A stretch of 64,000 nucleotides of DNA, taken from positions 1,222-65,221 of the forward strand of contig JAKIWD010000001.1 in the NCBI GenBank assembly GCA_022750205.1. Reading direction: 5' to 3'. The first letter of the stretch is position 1, and each line of letters starts with the position of its first letter. The notes under the pieces were generated by a model. That model ran no database searches. It was not told the origin of the DNA and saw nothing but the letters and a program-made list of their open reading frames with translations. Positions 9,259-17,991 of this stretch are shown here, one piece after another. Source of the DNA: Thermoplasmata archaeon. Its GTDB lineage: Archaea; Thermoplasmatota; Thermoplasmata; Lutacidiplasmatales; UBA184. The translations under genes were made by a program, and so were the position numbers.

Positions 9259-9404
9259 AATACCATCGGGCGGGAGTCGGGCCGACGTACGGGCCGATAC
9301 AGTGGTTCGTCAGACCTCGCGCCGGGTCACCGCCCACCGGGGGAGTGGGACCGGGGGGACCTCCTCTATGTAGCCGGTGACCCTCGCCGGACCCTAGTGC
9401 CCCC

Positions 9405-10817
9405 ATGGAGCGTGCGTCCTACTCTGCGATTCTCGTCGCGTTGATCATGGTGGCTCCGGGATTGGGGGTCGGCGTCGGCTGGGCAGCGTCGTCCTCGGCG
9501 TGGGCCGGTGCCCTCCACGCACCGCGCGTCGCGCCCAGCTTCGGCCCGGCCGTTGGGAGCCCGTTCGCCTTCGTTTCGAACTTCGAGGACAAGAAGCTCG
9601 ACGGCTGGGCCGCCACGAACGGCACCGCGAGCGTGGTCACCAAGCCCACCTTCAATGGAGAACCCGCGATCGGTTCCTCGGCGAAATTGGGCGTACCGCA
9701 GGTCGACGTCGCCAACCTCACCCCCGGCTCACGCTCCCTCTCCTTCCAGGCCGAGCTCTACTACGGGCACGACGGCACCGGCTATGTCGGGCTGAACAGC
9801 CCGGCGGGCTCCGTGGCGGTCGTCGGCATCGTCAATGGCACGAGCGTCTACGCCGGTCCGAACGTCGCGGGCGCCAAGTTCGTCGAGGCGATCCCCATCC
9901 ACACCGTCCAGCCGAAGGGCTGGGTCGAGGTCATGGCCGAGGTGTTCGCGTCCGGGATCGGGAGCACGACGACCTGGCAGATGGACGTCTACGTCGACCG
10001 CACCGACCTGATCGCCGCGACGGGCGTGAGCGTGCCCGGGGCCGGCAACTACACTTCCGCGGTGATCCGCACCACCCACGGGGTCGTCGACTACTCGAAT
10101 CTGGTCTTCTCGAGCTACGAGATCCCCACGAACATCCCCGGTTACAACAACATGGAAGGCTACGGCCAGGGCTCCGGACTGTTCGTCAGCGTCCTGCCCC
10201 GCTACACGACGCTCTCGGCCGACCTCGACCTCAAGAACTGGTCGGCCCCGCAGTACGGCATCCTGAGCATCCAGGTCAACGCCATGAACCTGATCGGGAC
10301 CACGACCGGCACGTGCAGCGGCTTCTTCCAGCTCGGCGTCGACATCAACCCGAGCGGCCACATCGCGCCGTGGTACGTCCCCAAGGGCAACTGCATCGCC
10401 TACTACTACAACTCGAACGACACGCCCACGCTCTCCCACGGGTTCCTCTCCCCGAACTCGACCCACCTGTCGCTGCAGATCAGCCAGCACGGGGCGAACT
10501 CGACGATCTCGTTCACGATCACCGACCATCAGGTCACCGGGGCCAACCACTCCGTCGAGGTCTGGATCCCGTACAACGGCTCGTCGTTCTACGGGACGTA
10601 CACCCAGATGGAGTGGCAACCGTGCTGCTCGACCCACCCGATCAACGCGTACTTCCTGAACGCGAGCTTCACGAACCTGACGATCTCCGGCGGGAACCTC
10701 ACGACGTCGATGAAGCTCCCGGCGTCGTACATGCTCCCGTACGAGCTGGACGCTCCCCCGTCGTGGCTGCTCAACTACTACCAGGGCACCTCGGCCGGCT
10801 ACAACGAGCTCGCCTGA
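9405..10817 (+). CDS. secreted hypothetical protein (signal peptide, many N-glycosylation sequons)
   Basis: 470 aa. N-terminal MERASYSAILVALIMVAPGLGVGVGWAASSSAWA signal-like segment, numerous N-x-S/T sites, Cys pairs (GTCSGFF..GNCIAYY, QPCC). Beta-rich composition. Confidence 0.7.
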   Translation: MERASYSAILVALIMVAPGLGVGVGWAASSSAWAGALHAPRVAPSFGPAVGSPFAFVSNFEDKKLDGWAATNGTASVVTKPTFNGEPAIGSSAKLGVPQVDVANLTPGSRSLSFQAELYYGHDGTGYVGLNSPAGSVAVVGIVNGTSVYAGPNVAGAKFVEAIPIHTVQPKGWVEVMAEVFASGIGSTTTWQMDVYVDRTDLIAATGVSVPGAGNYTSAVIRTTHGVVDYSNLVFSSYEIPTNIPGYNNMEGYGQGSGLFVSVLPRYTTLSADLDLKNWSAPQYGILSIQVNAMNLIGTTTGTCSGFFQLGVDINPSGHIAPWYVPKGNCIAYYYNSNDTPTLSHGFLSPNSTHLSLQISQHGANSTISFTITDHQVTGANHSVEVWIPYNGSSFYGTYTQMEWQPCCSTHPINAYFLNASFTNLTISGGNLTTSMKLPASYMLPYELDAPPSWLLNYYQGTSAGYNELA

Positions 10818-10865
10818 GCGGAGTCGGTCAGCCCCCCGGCTGCGTCGGCGCCGGGGGCGCTTCCC

Positions 10866-11969
10866 TCAGGGGCAGGTCTTGACGATCGTCGGGGGGAACG
10901 TGCTGACGAAGCAGCCGCCCTTGACCTTGGACCCGAAGTACTCGAACATGTCCCACGGGTCGAGCTGGGCGATCAGGTGCGTCCCATGCGCCTCGTACAG
11001 GAAACGGTAGCCGAACGCGGTGGCGTTCGCGGCATGGAGCAGGGCGAACGGGTCGGTGCAGTTGGCCGGCTCACCGTAGAGCGAGGCGACCAGGCAGCTC
11101 GAGTTCAGGAGGGTGAAGTTGACCATCTCGAACGGCCAGATCGACACGTTGTTCGGCGAATCGCGGTCCAACGCGCCGGCGCTCGCCCAGATCCGGATCC
11201 CCGAGAAGTTCTTCGGGGCGAGGCGTCCGACGGACAGGTAGGCGAAGATCCGCTCGGCGGTGAGATTCTTGGTGCTGGGAGGGGTCCCGCACGTCAGGCT
11301 GAGCAGGCTCGAGGTCTTGGAAGGTCGGTAGGCGAACTCCTCGAAGGCGTCGGTGATCGTCCCGGTCAACGCGATCCCCTGGATCAGCCCGGGCCGGTGG
11401 CCGGCGAGCGCGAGGGCCCCGAGGCTCCCCATGCTGTCGCCCATGAGGTAGACGGAGTGGATGTGGTGGAGGCGCTCTTCATGCACGATCGCGTCGACCG
11501 TGTCCTGCTCCTCCGGCCCGCCGCACGTCGAGTTGGTGTAGAACCCCTCGGCGCTGCGGGGGGCCGGGGCGATCACGATGTACCCGAACGCGGACGCGTT
11601 CGCGAGGAGCTCCTCGAGGGTCAGACCGGAGAGGGTGCTGTTCGTGAGGAACCCGGCGAGCCCGTTGGGCGAGCCGCCACGGGTCCAGTTGCTGACCTTG
11701 CCGGCGCCGTGGAGGTACACCAACAGGGGATAGCTGTGGTTCGTGAGGAAGTGCGCCGGGAGGACCTCCTCGTACGAGAGCGGGAAGCCGTCAGAGCTCG
11801 CGTGGTAGCTGATGTTGGTCATCGGCGGGGTCGCAGTGGTCGCCGAGGAGGCCGGTGGGGTCGGGGGCGTCGCCAGGGCGTTCGGCGCGAGCGCCGGCAG
11901 CAGGCACGCCACCGTCACGAGGGCCACTAGGTAGAGTCGGGGACGTTGAGGGAGCATCGTAAGGGTCAC
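10866..11969 (-). CDS. secreted alpha/beta-hydrolase (esterase/lipase-like)
   Basis: 367 aa. Signal-like N-terminus (..LYLVALVTVACLLPALAPNALA), HG oxyanion-type motif (LLVYLHGAG) and nucleophile elbow GDSMG (GxSxG). The start could also be ATG 11957. Confidence 0.75.
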   Translation of the reverse strand: MTLTMLPQRPRLYLVALVTVACLLPALAPNALATPPTPPASSATTATPPMTNISYHASSDGFPLSYEEVLPAHFLTNHSYPLLVYLHGAGKVSNWTRGGSPNGLAGFLTNSTLSGLTLEELLANASAFGYIVIAPAPRSAEGFYTNSTCGGPEEQDTVDAIVHEERLHHIHSVYLMGDSMGSLGALALAGHRPGLIQGIALTGTITDAFEEFAYRPSKTSSLLSLTCGTPPSTKNLTAERIFAYLSVGRLAPKNFSGIRIWASAGALDRDSPNNVSIWPFEMVNFTLLNSSCLVASLYGEPANCTDPFALLHAANATAFGYRFLYEAHGTHLIAQLDPWDMFEYFGSKVKGGCFVSTFPPTIVKTCP

Positions 11970-12194
11970 GCGAGGCCGGGGACCGGTCCGCGGCAGTTTC
12001 AGTCACTCAACCCCCCTAATCGATTGCGGCGATTCTCCCGAGAGTGGACGACCGCGAGACATGGGGTCGGTGCCAAACCGAGAGCGCTCCCGCTGCGGGG
12101 AAGGTCTCGAACGCCCCGCCCAGGGCGCGGTACTCGGATGCGGGGCTCATCGATCGCGCGCGGGGCGCGCCCCCAGTGATCCTCGCGACGAGGG

Positions 12195-12200
12195 TTTAAG
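12195..12200 (+). promoter_or_regulatory. TATA box (TTTAAG) for the DNA polymerase D gene; leaderless configuration
   Basis: GGGTTTAAGGCG lies 24-29 nt upstream of the GTG start at 12224. The predicted transcription start therefore coincides with the start codon. Confidence 0.5.
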
Positions 12201-12223
12201 GCGCATCCGGACGCTCGGGCCCT

Positions 12224-15200
12224 GTGGAATCCTACTTTCGATCCCTCGAGGCGGAGGTCGACCGGGCGTACCTGGTCGCCGAGGAAGCCCGCAAGGTCGG
12301 GCTGGATCCCGCCACCGTCCCCGAGATCCCGCGCGCGCAGGACATGGCCATGCGCGTCGAGAAGCTGCTCGGTCACCTTCACCTGGACGGGATCTCGGAG
12401 GAGATCCGCACACTGGCGCGCGATCACCCGCGCGAGGAGGTCGCCGTCCTCATCGCGCGCCGGCTCGCCGCGGACGCACGTCGCGGCGAATCGGTCGAAG
12501 CGCGCCTCGACGCGGCGCTGCGGGTCGGTCTCGCCATCCTGACGGAAGGCATCCTGGTCGCCCCCCTGGAGGGGCTCGCCGAGGTGCACCTCCGCGAAAA
12601 CCGCAGCGGCCCCCCGTACATCGAACTGTACTACGCCGGTCCGATCCGCGCCGCCGGGGGCACCGCGCAGGCCCTCTCGGTCCTGCTCGCCGACATCGTC
12701 CGCCGTGACCTGGGCCTTGGCGTCTATCACCCCGAAGGCTCCGAGGTCGAACGGTACCAGGAGGAGATCCCGCTCTACAAGCACCTGCAGCATCTCCAGT
12801 ACGTCCCGTCGGCCGCCGAGATTGCCACCGTCGTCCGCCACGTCCCCGTCTGCATCACGGGCGAAACGACGGAGGGCGACAACGAGGTCAGTGCCTTTCG
12901 AAACCTCCCCCGGGTCGGTACAAATGGCGTCCGCGGCGGCGCGTGCCTGGTGATCGCGGAGGGCCTCTGCCAGAAGTCGGCCAAGCTCCGCAACGTCGTC
13001 GAGAAGCTCGGCCTCCCGGGCTGGGAGTTCCTGAGCGAGCTCGGCCACGCCAAGTCCGCCGAAAACGACGGCGCTCGCGGACCGAAGTACCTCGCCGAGG
13101 CGGTGGGGGGCCGGCCGATCCTGGCCCACCCCCACCGACCCGGGGGGTTCCGCCTGACGTACGGACGGGCCCGGACCGCCGGACTCGCGTCGTGCGCGGT
13201 CAGCCCCGCGACGATGGTCATCCTGCGTCGGTTCGTCGCGATCGGCACCCAGGTCAAGCTCGAGTTCCCTGGCAAGGCGTCGGCGATGGCCGTCTGCGAC
13301 GAGATCGAAGGGCCGATCGTCGAGCTGAACGACGGAAGCGTCACGGCGGTCCACGATGCCGCCCGGGCCGAGGAGCTGCTCCCGCTCGTGCGTCGGATCA
13401 TCGACCTGGGAGAGCTCCTCGTACCCTTCGGTGAATTCCTGGAGAACAATCGGGCCCTCTCGCCCGGGACCTATTCCGTCGACTGGCACCTGGAGGAGTT
13501 GCGTGCGGCGGGGGCCGAGCCGGACGGGACCGACCTTACGCCGACGTACGCCGAGGCGATCGACAGCTCGATGCGATGGGGGGTCCCACTCCATCCCCGG
13601 TTCCTCCTCTTCTGGCACGATCTCACCCCACCGGAGCTTCGGGCTCTCGGCGGCCTCCTCGACGCCGGCGCCCACGTGGTCGACGGGCGCCTCGAACTCA
13701 CCGTCGACGGCGACACGCGCGAGCTCCTGGTGCGGCTCGGGTTCCTCTTCGCCGCCGGCGTGGACGGAACAATCCTCGGAGAGGAGGAGTCGACGGCGGC
13801 GCTCATCGGTGGGTTGGGGCTGGAGGTCGACGGCGCCACGCTGCGGCGCGTTCGCCCGCTCGAGCCGGTGGACGACGAGAGCCTGCAGTACGTCTCGCGC
13901 CTCGCCGGCGTGCCGGTGGTCGCCCGCGCTCCCTCGCGCATCGGCGCGCGGGTCGGACGGCCGGAGAAGGCCCGCCAACGGATGATGAGCCCGAACGTCC
14001 ATGGGCTCTTCCCCGTGGGGGAAGCCGGCGGACCCCACCGGTCCGTGGCGGAGGCGGCCCGCCGTTCCGGCACGACCGGGATCTCGGTCCAACTGGGCCG
14101 GAGGACGTGCCCGAAGTGCGAGAAGGCGACCGTCTGGCTCCGATGTGGCTGCGGTAGCCACACCGAGCCGACCGGCGAGGTCGGACCGCACCCGCTCCGG
14201 GTCGCCGAGTTGTGGACCGAGGCGCTCAGCCACCTACCGGTGCGCCGGGGCCTGGAAGTGAAAGGCGTCAAGGGCCTTACGTCGCCGGGCAAGACTCCCG
14301 AACTTCTCGAGAAAGGGATCCTGCGCGCCTCGCGGGGCATCTCGGTCTACCAGGACGGCACCGCGCGCTTCGACCTCACCGACCTGCCCCTGACCCATTT
14401 CCGGCCGCGGGAGATCGGGCTGTCCATCCCCCGGGCGCACGATTTCGGATACACCACCGACTGGGACGGCGCCCCGCTGACCTCGCCCGAGCAGCTGGTC
14501 GAGCTCCGACCCCAGGACCTCGTCGTCTCCCGTTCCTGCGGGGAGTACTTGCTGGCGCTCTCCCAGTTCGTCGACGATGAGCTGATCCACCTCTACGGGC
14601 TGACCCCGTTCTACCGCGCCGGCCGGGTCGACGATCTGCTCGGAGCCATCGTCGTCGCGCTCGCCCCCCACACTTCGGGTGGCGTGGCCGGGCGCATCAT
14701 CGGGTTTACCGAGGCCGAGGCGTGCTTTGCGCATCCGGTGTTCCACGCCGCCAAACGGCGCAACTGCGACGGGGACGAGGATTCCGTCACGCTGCTGCTC
14801 GACTCGCTCCTCAACTTTTCGCGCGCGTACCTGCCGCAGAGCCGGGGCGCGCTGATGGACAAGCCGCTCGTACTGACGACTCGCCTCGACGTCACCGAGG
14901 TCGACAAGGAGGCCCACAACCTCGATGTCGTCGACCACTACCCGCTGGCCCTCTTCCATGCGGCGCGCGACGGACGGTCGCCTAAGGACGTCGCCGCGCT
15001 CATCGAGACCCTCGGTCGGCGTATCGGCGAGCCCGTGCCGCTGGCCGGCCTCGCATTCACCCACGACACCTCCTCGATCGCCGGCGGCCCGGTCCGGTCG
15101 GCGTACCGGGAGGCCGGCTCCATGCACAAGGGCGTGGAGCTGTCGATCATGCTGGCCGGCCAGATCCGCGCGGTCGATGTGGTCGACGCCGTCACCCTGG

Positions 15201-15619
15201 TCCTCAACCACCACTTCCTGCCGGACCTGATGGGGAACCTGAAGAGCTACGCGACGCAGAAGTTCCGCTGCAAGAAGTGCAACGCCTCGTACCGCCGGCC
15301 GCCGCTCTCCCAACGCTGCACCGCGCCGGCCGGACGCGGGGAGGTGTGCGATGGCGAACTCCTCCCCACGGTCTTCGAGGGTGCGGTACGCAAGTACCTG
15401 GGACTCTCGCAGCGGCTCGCCGGGACCCCGGGCGTGACCCCGTACCTGCGCCAGCGCATCGAGCTCCTCGAGACCTCCCTCGCGACGATGTTCCCCGGGT
15501 CGCCGTCCCAGACCACGCTCGAGACGTACAGTCCGGCCACCCCCCGGCGCGCCGAGCGTCGGACGGCCTCGGAGAGTCCCGTCGTCGCCGCGCCGCTCCC
15601 CCAACCCCCAAATACGTAG
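12224..15619 (+). CDS. polC: DNA polymerase II (PolD) large subunit DP2
   Basis: 1131 aa. N-terminus MESYFRSLEAEVDRAYLVAEEARKVGLDPATVPEIPRAQDMAMRVEKLL is collinear with characterised DP2. Internal Zn motifs (CPKCEKATVWLRCGCG) and C-terminal FRCKKCNASYRRPP..CDGEL zinc finger. The length shows no intein. Confidence 0.95.
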   Translation: MESYFRSLEAEVDRAYLVAEEARKVGLDPATVPEIPRAQDMAMRVEKLLGHLHLDGISEEIRTLARDHPREEVAVLIARRLAADARRGESVEARLDAALRVGLAILTEGILVAPLEGLAEVHLRENRSGPPYIELYYAGPIRAAGGTAQALSVLLADIVRRDLGLGVYHPEGSEVERYQEEIPLYKHLQHLQYVPSAAEIATVVRHVPVCITGETTEGDNEVSAFRNLPRVGTNGVRGGACLVIAEGLCQKSAKLRNVVEKLGLPGWEFLSELGHAKSAENDGARGPKYLAEAVGGRPILAHPHRPGGFRLTYGRARTAGLASCAVSPATMVILRRFVAIGTQVKLEFPGKASAMAVCDEIEGPIVELNDGSVTAVHDAARAEELLPLVRRIIDLGELLVPFGEFLENNRALSPGTYSVDWHLEELRAAGAEPDGTDLTPTYAEAIDSSMRWGVPLHPRFLLFWHDLTPPELRALGGLLDAGAHVVDGRLELTVDGDTRELLVRLGFLFAAGVDGTILGEEESTAALIGGLGLEVDGATLRRVRPLEPVDDESLQYVSRLAGVPVVARAPSRIGARVGRPEKARQRMMSPNVHGLFPVGEAGGPHRSVAEAARRSGTTGISVQLGRRTCPKCEKATVWLRCGCGSHTEPTGEVGPHPLRVAELWTEALSHLPVRRGLEVKGVKGLTSPGKTPELLEKGILRASRGISVYQDGTARFDLTDLPLTHFRPREIGLSIPRAHDFGYTTDWDGAPLTSPEQLVELRPQDLVVSRSCGEYLLALSQFVDDELIHLYGLTPFYRAGRVDDLLGAIVVALAPHTSGGVAGRIIGFTEAEACFAHPVFHAAKRRNCDGDEDSVTLLLDSLLNFSRAYLPQSRGALMDKPLVLTTRLDVTEVDKEAHNLDVVDHYPLALFHAARDGRSPKDVAALIETLGRRIGEPVPLAGLAFTHDTSSIAGGPVRSAYREAGSMHKGVELSIMLAGQIRAVDVVDAVTLVLNHHFLPDLMGNLKSYATQKFRCKKCNASYRRPPLSQRCTAPAGRGEVCDGELLPTVFEGAVRKYLGLSQRLAGTPGVTPYLRQRIELLETSLATMFPGSPSQTTLETYSPATPRRAERRTASESPVVAAPLPQPPNT
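15610..15618 (+). promoter_or_regulatory. TATA-like element (AAATACGTA) upstream of tRNA-Arg
   Basis: Centred about 25 nt upstream of tRNA position 1 (15639). It overlaps the last codons and stop of the polymerase gene. Confidence 0.35.
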
Positions 15620-15638
15620 GCGGGGCTCGCCGTCCTGC

Positions 15639-15738
15639 GGGCTTGTAGGGTAGTCTGGCTATCCTTTTGGCCTTCGAAGCCAAAGACCTGGGTTCGAATC
15701 CGCCGGTGCAGCCGGCGGCGAAACTCCCAGCAAGCCCG
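15639..15738 (+). tRNA. tRNA-Arg (anticodon TCG) with a 26-nt intron in the T-loop
   Basis: Acceptor GGGCTTG/CAAGCCC, D-arm with A14, G18G19 and A21, anticodon stem TTGGC/GCCAA with loop CTTCGAA, 4-nt variable loop, T-stem CTGGG/CCCAG. 100 nt = 74-nt mature body + 26-nt insert. No encoded CCA. Confidence 0.85.
15699..15724 (+). other. non-canonical tRNA intron (between positions 59/60) within an hBHBh' motif
   Basis: T-stem helix, then 3-nt bulge ACT (15723-15725), then 4-bp helix TTCG:CGAA (15693-15696:15719-15722), then 3-nt bulge AAT (15697-15699), then 7-bp helix CCGCCGG:CCGGCGG with loop TGCAG. Excision restores T-loop TTCGAAT. Confidence 0.75.
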
Positions 15739-15754
15739 TTGCCCGGCTCCCGCG

Positions 15755-16063
15755 CTAGCGGAAGTACCCGGGCGTCGAGGTCTCCTGGCGCTTCTCCTCT
15801 TCGGGCTTGACCGCCTCGAGGACGTCGACGGCCAGCAGCGCGTTGAGGGGGATCAGGCGGACCCGGCCCTTCTCCTCCTTGACCGTGTCGTCCAGCTCGA
15901 GCGCCAGCGAGTTGTCGCCCCCGATCGACACCAGCCCACGGAAGAGCCCGGTGGAGATCAGCGCCTCGTCGCGGGTCCCGGCCGAGCGCACCCGGACGCG
16001 CGAGCCGCTCGTGAGGACGATCGGCGACTTCTTCGGTGCGGTGGCGGACCCTTCGGTCTTCAT
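15755..16063 (-). CDS. small hypothetical protein (possibly Sm-like beta-barrel)
   Basis: Track ORF 15755-16657 trimmed to ATG 16063 (MKTEGSATAPKK..). 102 aa with third-position GC above 90% in this frame. The start overlaps the stop of the upstream regulator gene (ATGA). ..VRVRSAG..GLVSIGGDNSLALELDD..GRVRLIPLNALLAVDVLE is beta-strand rich. Confidence 0.7.
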   Translation of the reverse strand: MKTEGSATAPKKSPIVLTSGSRVRVRSAGTRDEALISTGLFRGLVSIGGDNSLALELDDTVKEEKGRVRLIPLNALLAVDVLEAVKPEEEKRQETSTPGYFR

Positions 16064-16599
16064 CCTCGGTTCTTCCTCTCCTTGGGGGTTGCGACCGGCG
16101 ACGCCGGCGCGGGCGGCTTGGCCGCCTCGGCCTGCGCGGCGGTGACGAGCTTCTGCAGGTGATTCACCGTCTCCCGATAACGGCGCAGGGCGTTCAACGC
16201 ATTGGCTTCCGTAAAGTCCCACGCCTGCGCGAGATTGCCATAGCGCAGGCGGTAGCCCTTGCGTCCCTTGCCGTCGGCGACGGTCCCGACCTCCTCGAGC
16301 ATGTCGAGGGTCTTCAGTCGATTCACGTGGCGGTAGATCGTAGGTTTGGAGCTCTTGAGGACCGCGGTGAGCTCCTCGACGTACCAAGCGCGTCCCGAGT
16401 CCCGGAGGAGGCAGTCCTTGACGAGACGATAGGCGACGGTCGCCTCGGCCGGTCCGTCCCCGCTGCGGGCGTCCTCGTGCTCGGGCAGATAGCCGACCAT
16501 CCGCAGGAACTCCTTGAGCACCTCGTCCAGGTCCGCGATAGGGGTCAGGGGCGTCGAGTAGCGTAACGTCAGTTCGAACGGCATTCGGCGGAGGGGCAC
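16060..16599 (-). CDS. winged-helix transcriptional regulator
   Basis: 179 aa: ..WYVEELTAVLKSSKPTIYRHVNRLKTLDMLEEVGTVADGKGRKGYRLRYG.. (HTH plus wing), followed by a coiled C-terminal tail. Confidence 0.7.
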   Translation of the reverse strand: MPLRRMPFELTLRYSTPLTPIADLDEVLKEFLRMVGYLPEHEDARSGDGPAEATVAYRLVKDCLLRDSGRAWYVEELTAVLKSSKPTIYRHVNRLKTLDMLEEVGTVADGKGRKGYRLRYGNLAQAWDFTEANALNALRRYRETVNHLQKLVTAAQAEAAKPPAPASPVATPKERKNRG

Positions 16600-16678
16600 G
16601 AGGGCCGCTCGCCATAAACCCTCGGACCGGCCGGGGCGCGCGACAAACGCTTTTCATGCCCGACCCCGTCCCACCGCG

Positions 16679-17521
16679 ATGTCATTCACCCTCGTCGCCC
16701 CCGAGACGCCCGAGGAGGCCGTCGGGCTGCTGGCGGCGGCCCGGGAGGGCGAGACCGTCGTCCTCGCGGGCGGGAGCGATCTGCTCCTCGACCTCGGAGA
16801 CGGACGATCGCACCCGACCACCGTCCTCTCGCTGCGCCGATTGCCCTGGAATGAGGCTCGGTGGGAGGGAAGCTCCCTCGTCATCGGCAGCACGGCTCCC
16901 CTCTCGGCCCTCGAGGCCGACCCCCGGCTCCGTCACGAACTACCCGGACTGTGGTCCGGGCTGCGCGCGGTGGGCAGCGTCGCGCTGCGCCATCGCGCCA
17001 CCGTCGGGGGCAATCTGGGCCGTGCGTCGCCGGCATCCGATCTGATCCCGGTCCTGCTGGCGCTCGACGCCACGGTCGAACTGATCGGCCCCGCCGGACA
17101 CCGGACGCTCCCGCTCGATGCACTCATCCTGGGCCCCCGCGCGACGGCCCTCTCGCCGGGGGAGCTCATCGAGTCGATCACGATCCCCGAAGGCCGGCCG
17201 TCGTCCTACGTCTGGCAGCGGGTGCGTCCGGCCCACGACATCTCCCAGGTCGGGGTCGCGGCGGCGTGGTCGCCGTCGGGTCGTCGCTGGTCGATCGCCG
17301 TCGGAGGCACTGCGCCGGTACCCGGGCGATCCGCGGCGGCGAGCGAGCTCGGCAGTTCGCGGATGCCGGGCGAGGCCCTCGTCGCGGCCGCCGCGCAGTC
17401 CGCCGCGGCCCAGGCCCAGTTCCTGACCGACAAGCGCGCTTCGGAAGAGTACCGCCGACGCGTGCTCGCGACACTGTTCCGCCGCGCGGTCGACCGGGCG
17501 TCGCGCGAGGAGAACGCGTGA
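16679..17521 (+). CDS. xanthine dehydrogenase/CO dehydrogenase family, FAD-binding (medium) subunit
   Basis: 280 aa: ..VVLAGGSDLLLDL.., ..HRATVGGNLGRASPASDLIPVLLALDA.., ..ELIESITIP.. are typical FAD_binding_5 / CO_deh_flav_C blocks. Confidence 0.9.
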   Translation: MSFTLVAPETPEEAVGLLAAAREGETVVLAGGSDLLLDLGDGRSHPTTVLSLRRLPWNEARWEGSSLVIGSTAPLSALEADPRLRHELPGLWSGLRAVGSVALRHRATVGGNLGRASPASDLIPVLLALDATVELIGPAGHRTLPLDALILGPRATALSPGELIESITIPEGRPSSYVWQRVRPAHDISQVGVAAAWSPSGRRWSIAVGGTAPVPGRSAAASELGSSRMPGEALVAAAAQSAAAQAQFLTDKRASEEYRRRVLATLFRRAVDRASREENA

Positions 17522-17991
17522 CCGCGAGCTGGCGCGCGACGGTCAACGGCGCCTCGGTCGAAACTCCCGGCGTTCCCGATGCCGAACGCCTTCTCGACAC
17601 CCTGCGCTGGCGACTGGGGCTGCTCGGCACGAAGGAGGGCTGCCGGACCGGCGGCTGTGGGGCCTGCACCGTCCTCGTCGACGACCGGGCGACGCTCTCG
17701 TGCCTGACCCTGGCTCGGGAGGTCGAGGGCCAACACATCCTGACCGTAGAAGGAGCGGCGGCCGATCTGGTCGGCCGTGCGGTGCAGGAAGCGTTCGCCC
17801 GCGAGACCGCCTTGCAGTGCGGCTACTGCACGCCGGGGTTCGTGGTCGCGCTAACCGGCCTGCTCAAGGAACGACCGCGTTCCACACCGGTCGCCGAGCT
17901 GCTCGAGGACCTCCAAGGCAATCTCTGCCGTTGCACGGGCTACGCGACGATCGTCCGGGCGGTCCGCGCGGCGCGGGAGTCCGCCCCGTGA
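17518..17991 (+). CDS. xanthine dehydrogenase family, [2Fe-2S] (small) subunit
   Basis: GTG 17518 overlaps the previous stop (GTGA). ..GTKEGCRTGGCGACTVLVDD.. and ..QCGYCTPGFV..NLCRCTGY.. are the two 2Fe-2S cluster motifs. Trimmed from track ORF 16861-17991. Confidence 0.9.
   Translation: MTASWRATVNGASVETPGVPDAERLLDTLRWRLGLLGTKEGCRTGGCGACTVLVDDRATLSCLTLAREVEGQHILTVEGAAADLVGRAVQEAFARETALQCGYCTPGFVVALTGLLKERPRSTPVAELLEDLQGNLCRCTGYATIVRAVRAARESAP

Noticed and set aside
9405-10817. Assignment of the secreted 470-aa protein to the G1 (eqolisin) or thermopsin peptidase families
   Set aside because: Only vague motif resemblance (NWSA.., QLGVD, ..MEW..) and the catalytic Gln/Glu dyad cannot be placed. 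Left as hypothetical.
11999-14233. 744-aa minus-strand ORF
   Set aside because: Entirely antisense to the well-supported DNA polymerase D gene. The peptide is Arg/Gly/Asp/Pro-rich low complexity, a typical high-GC shadow ORF.
15739-16700. Integrated mobile element at the tRNA-Arg 3' end
   Set aside because: No integrase, no repeat of the tRNA 3' segment noticed nearby, and the flanking genes are ordinary metabolic and regulatory genes.
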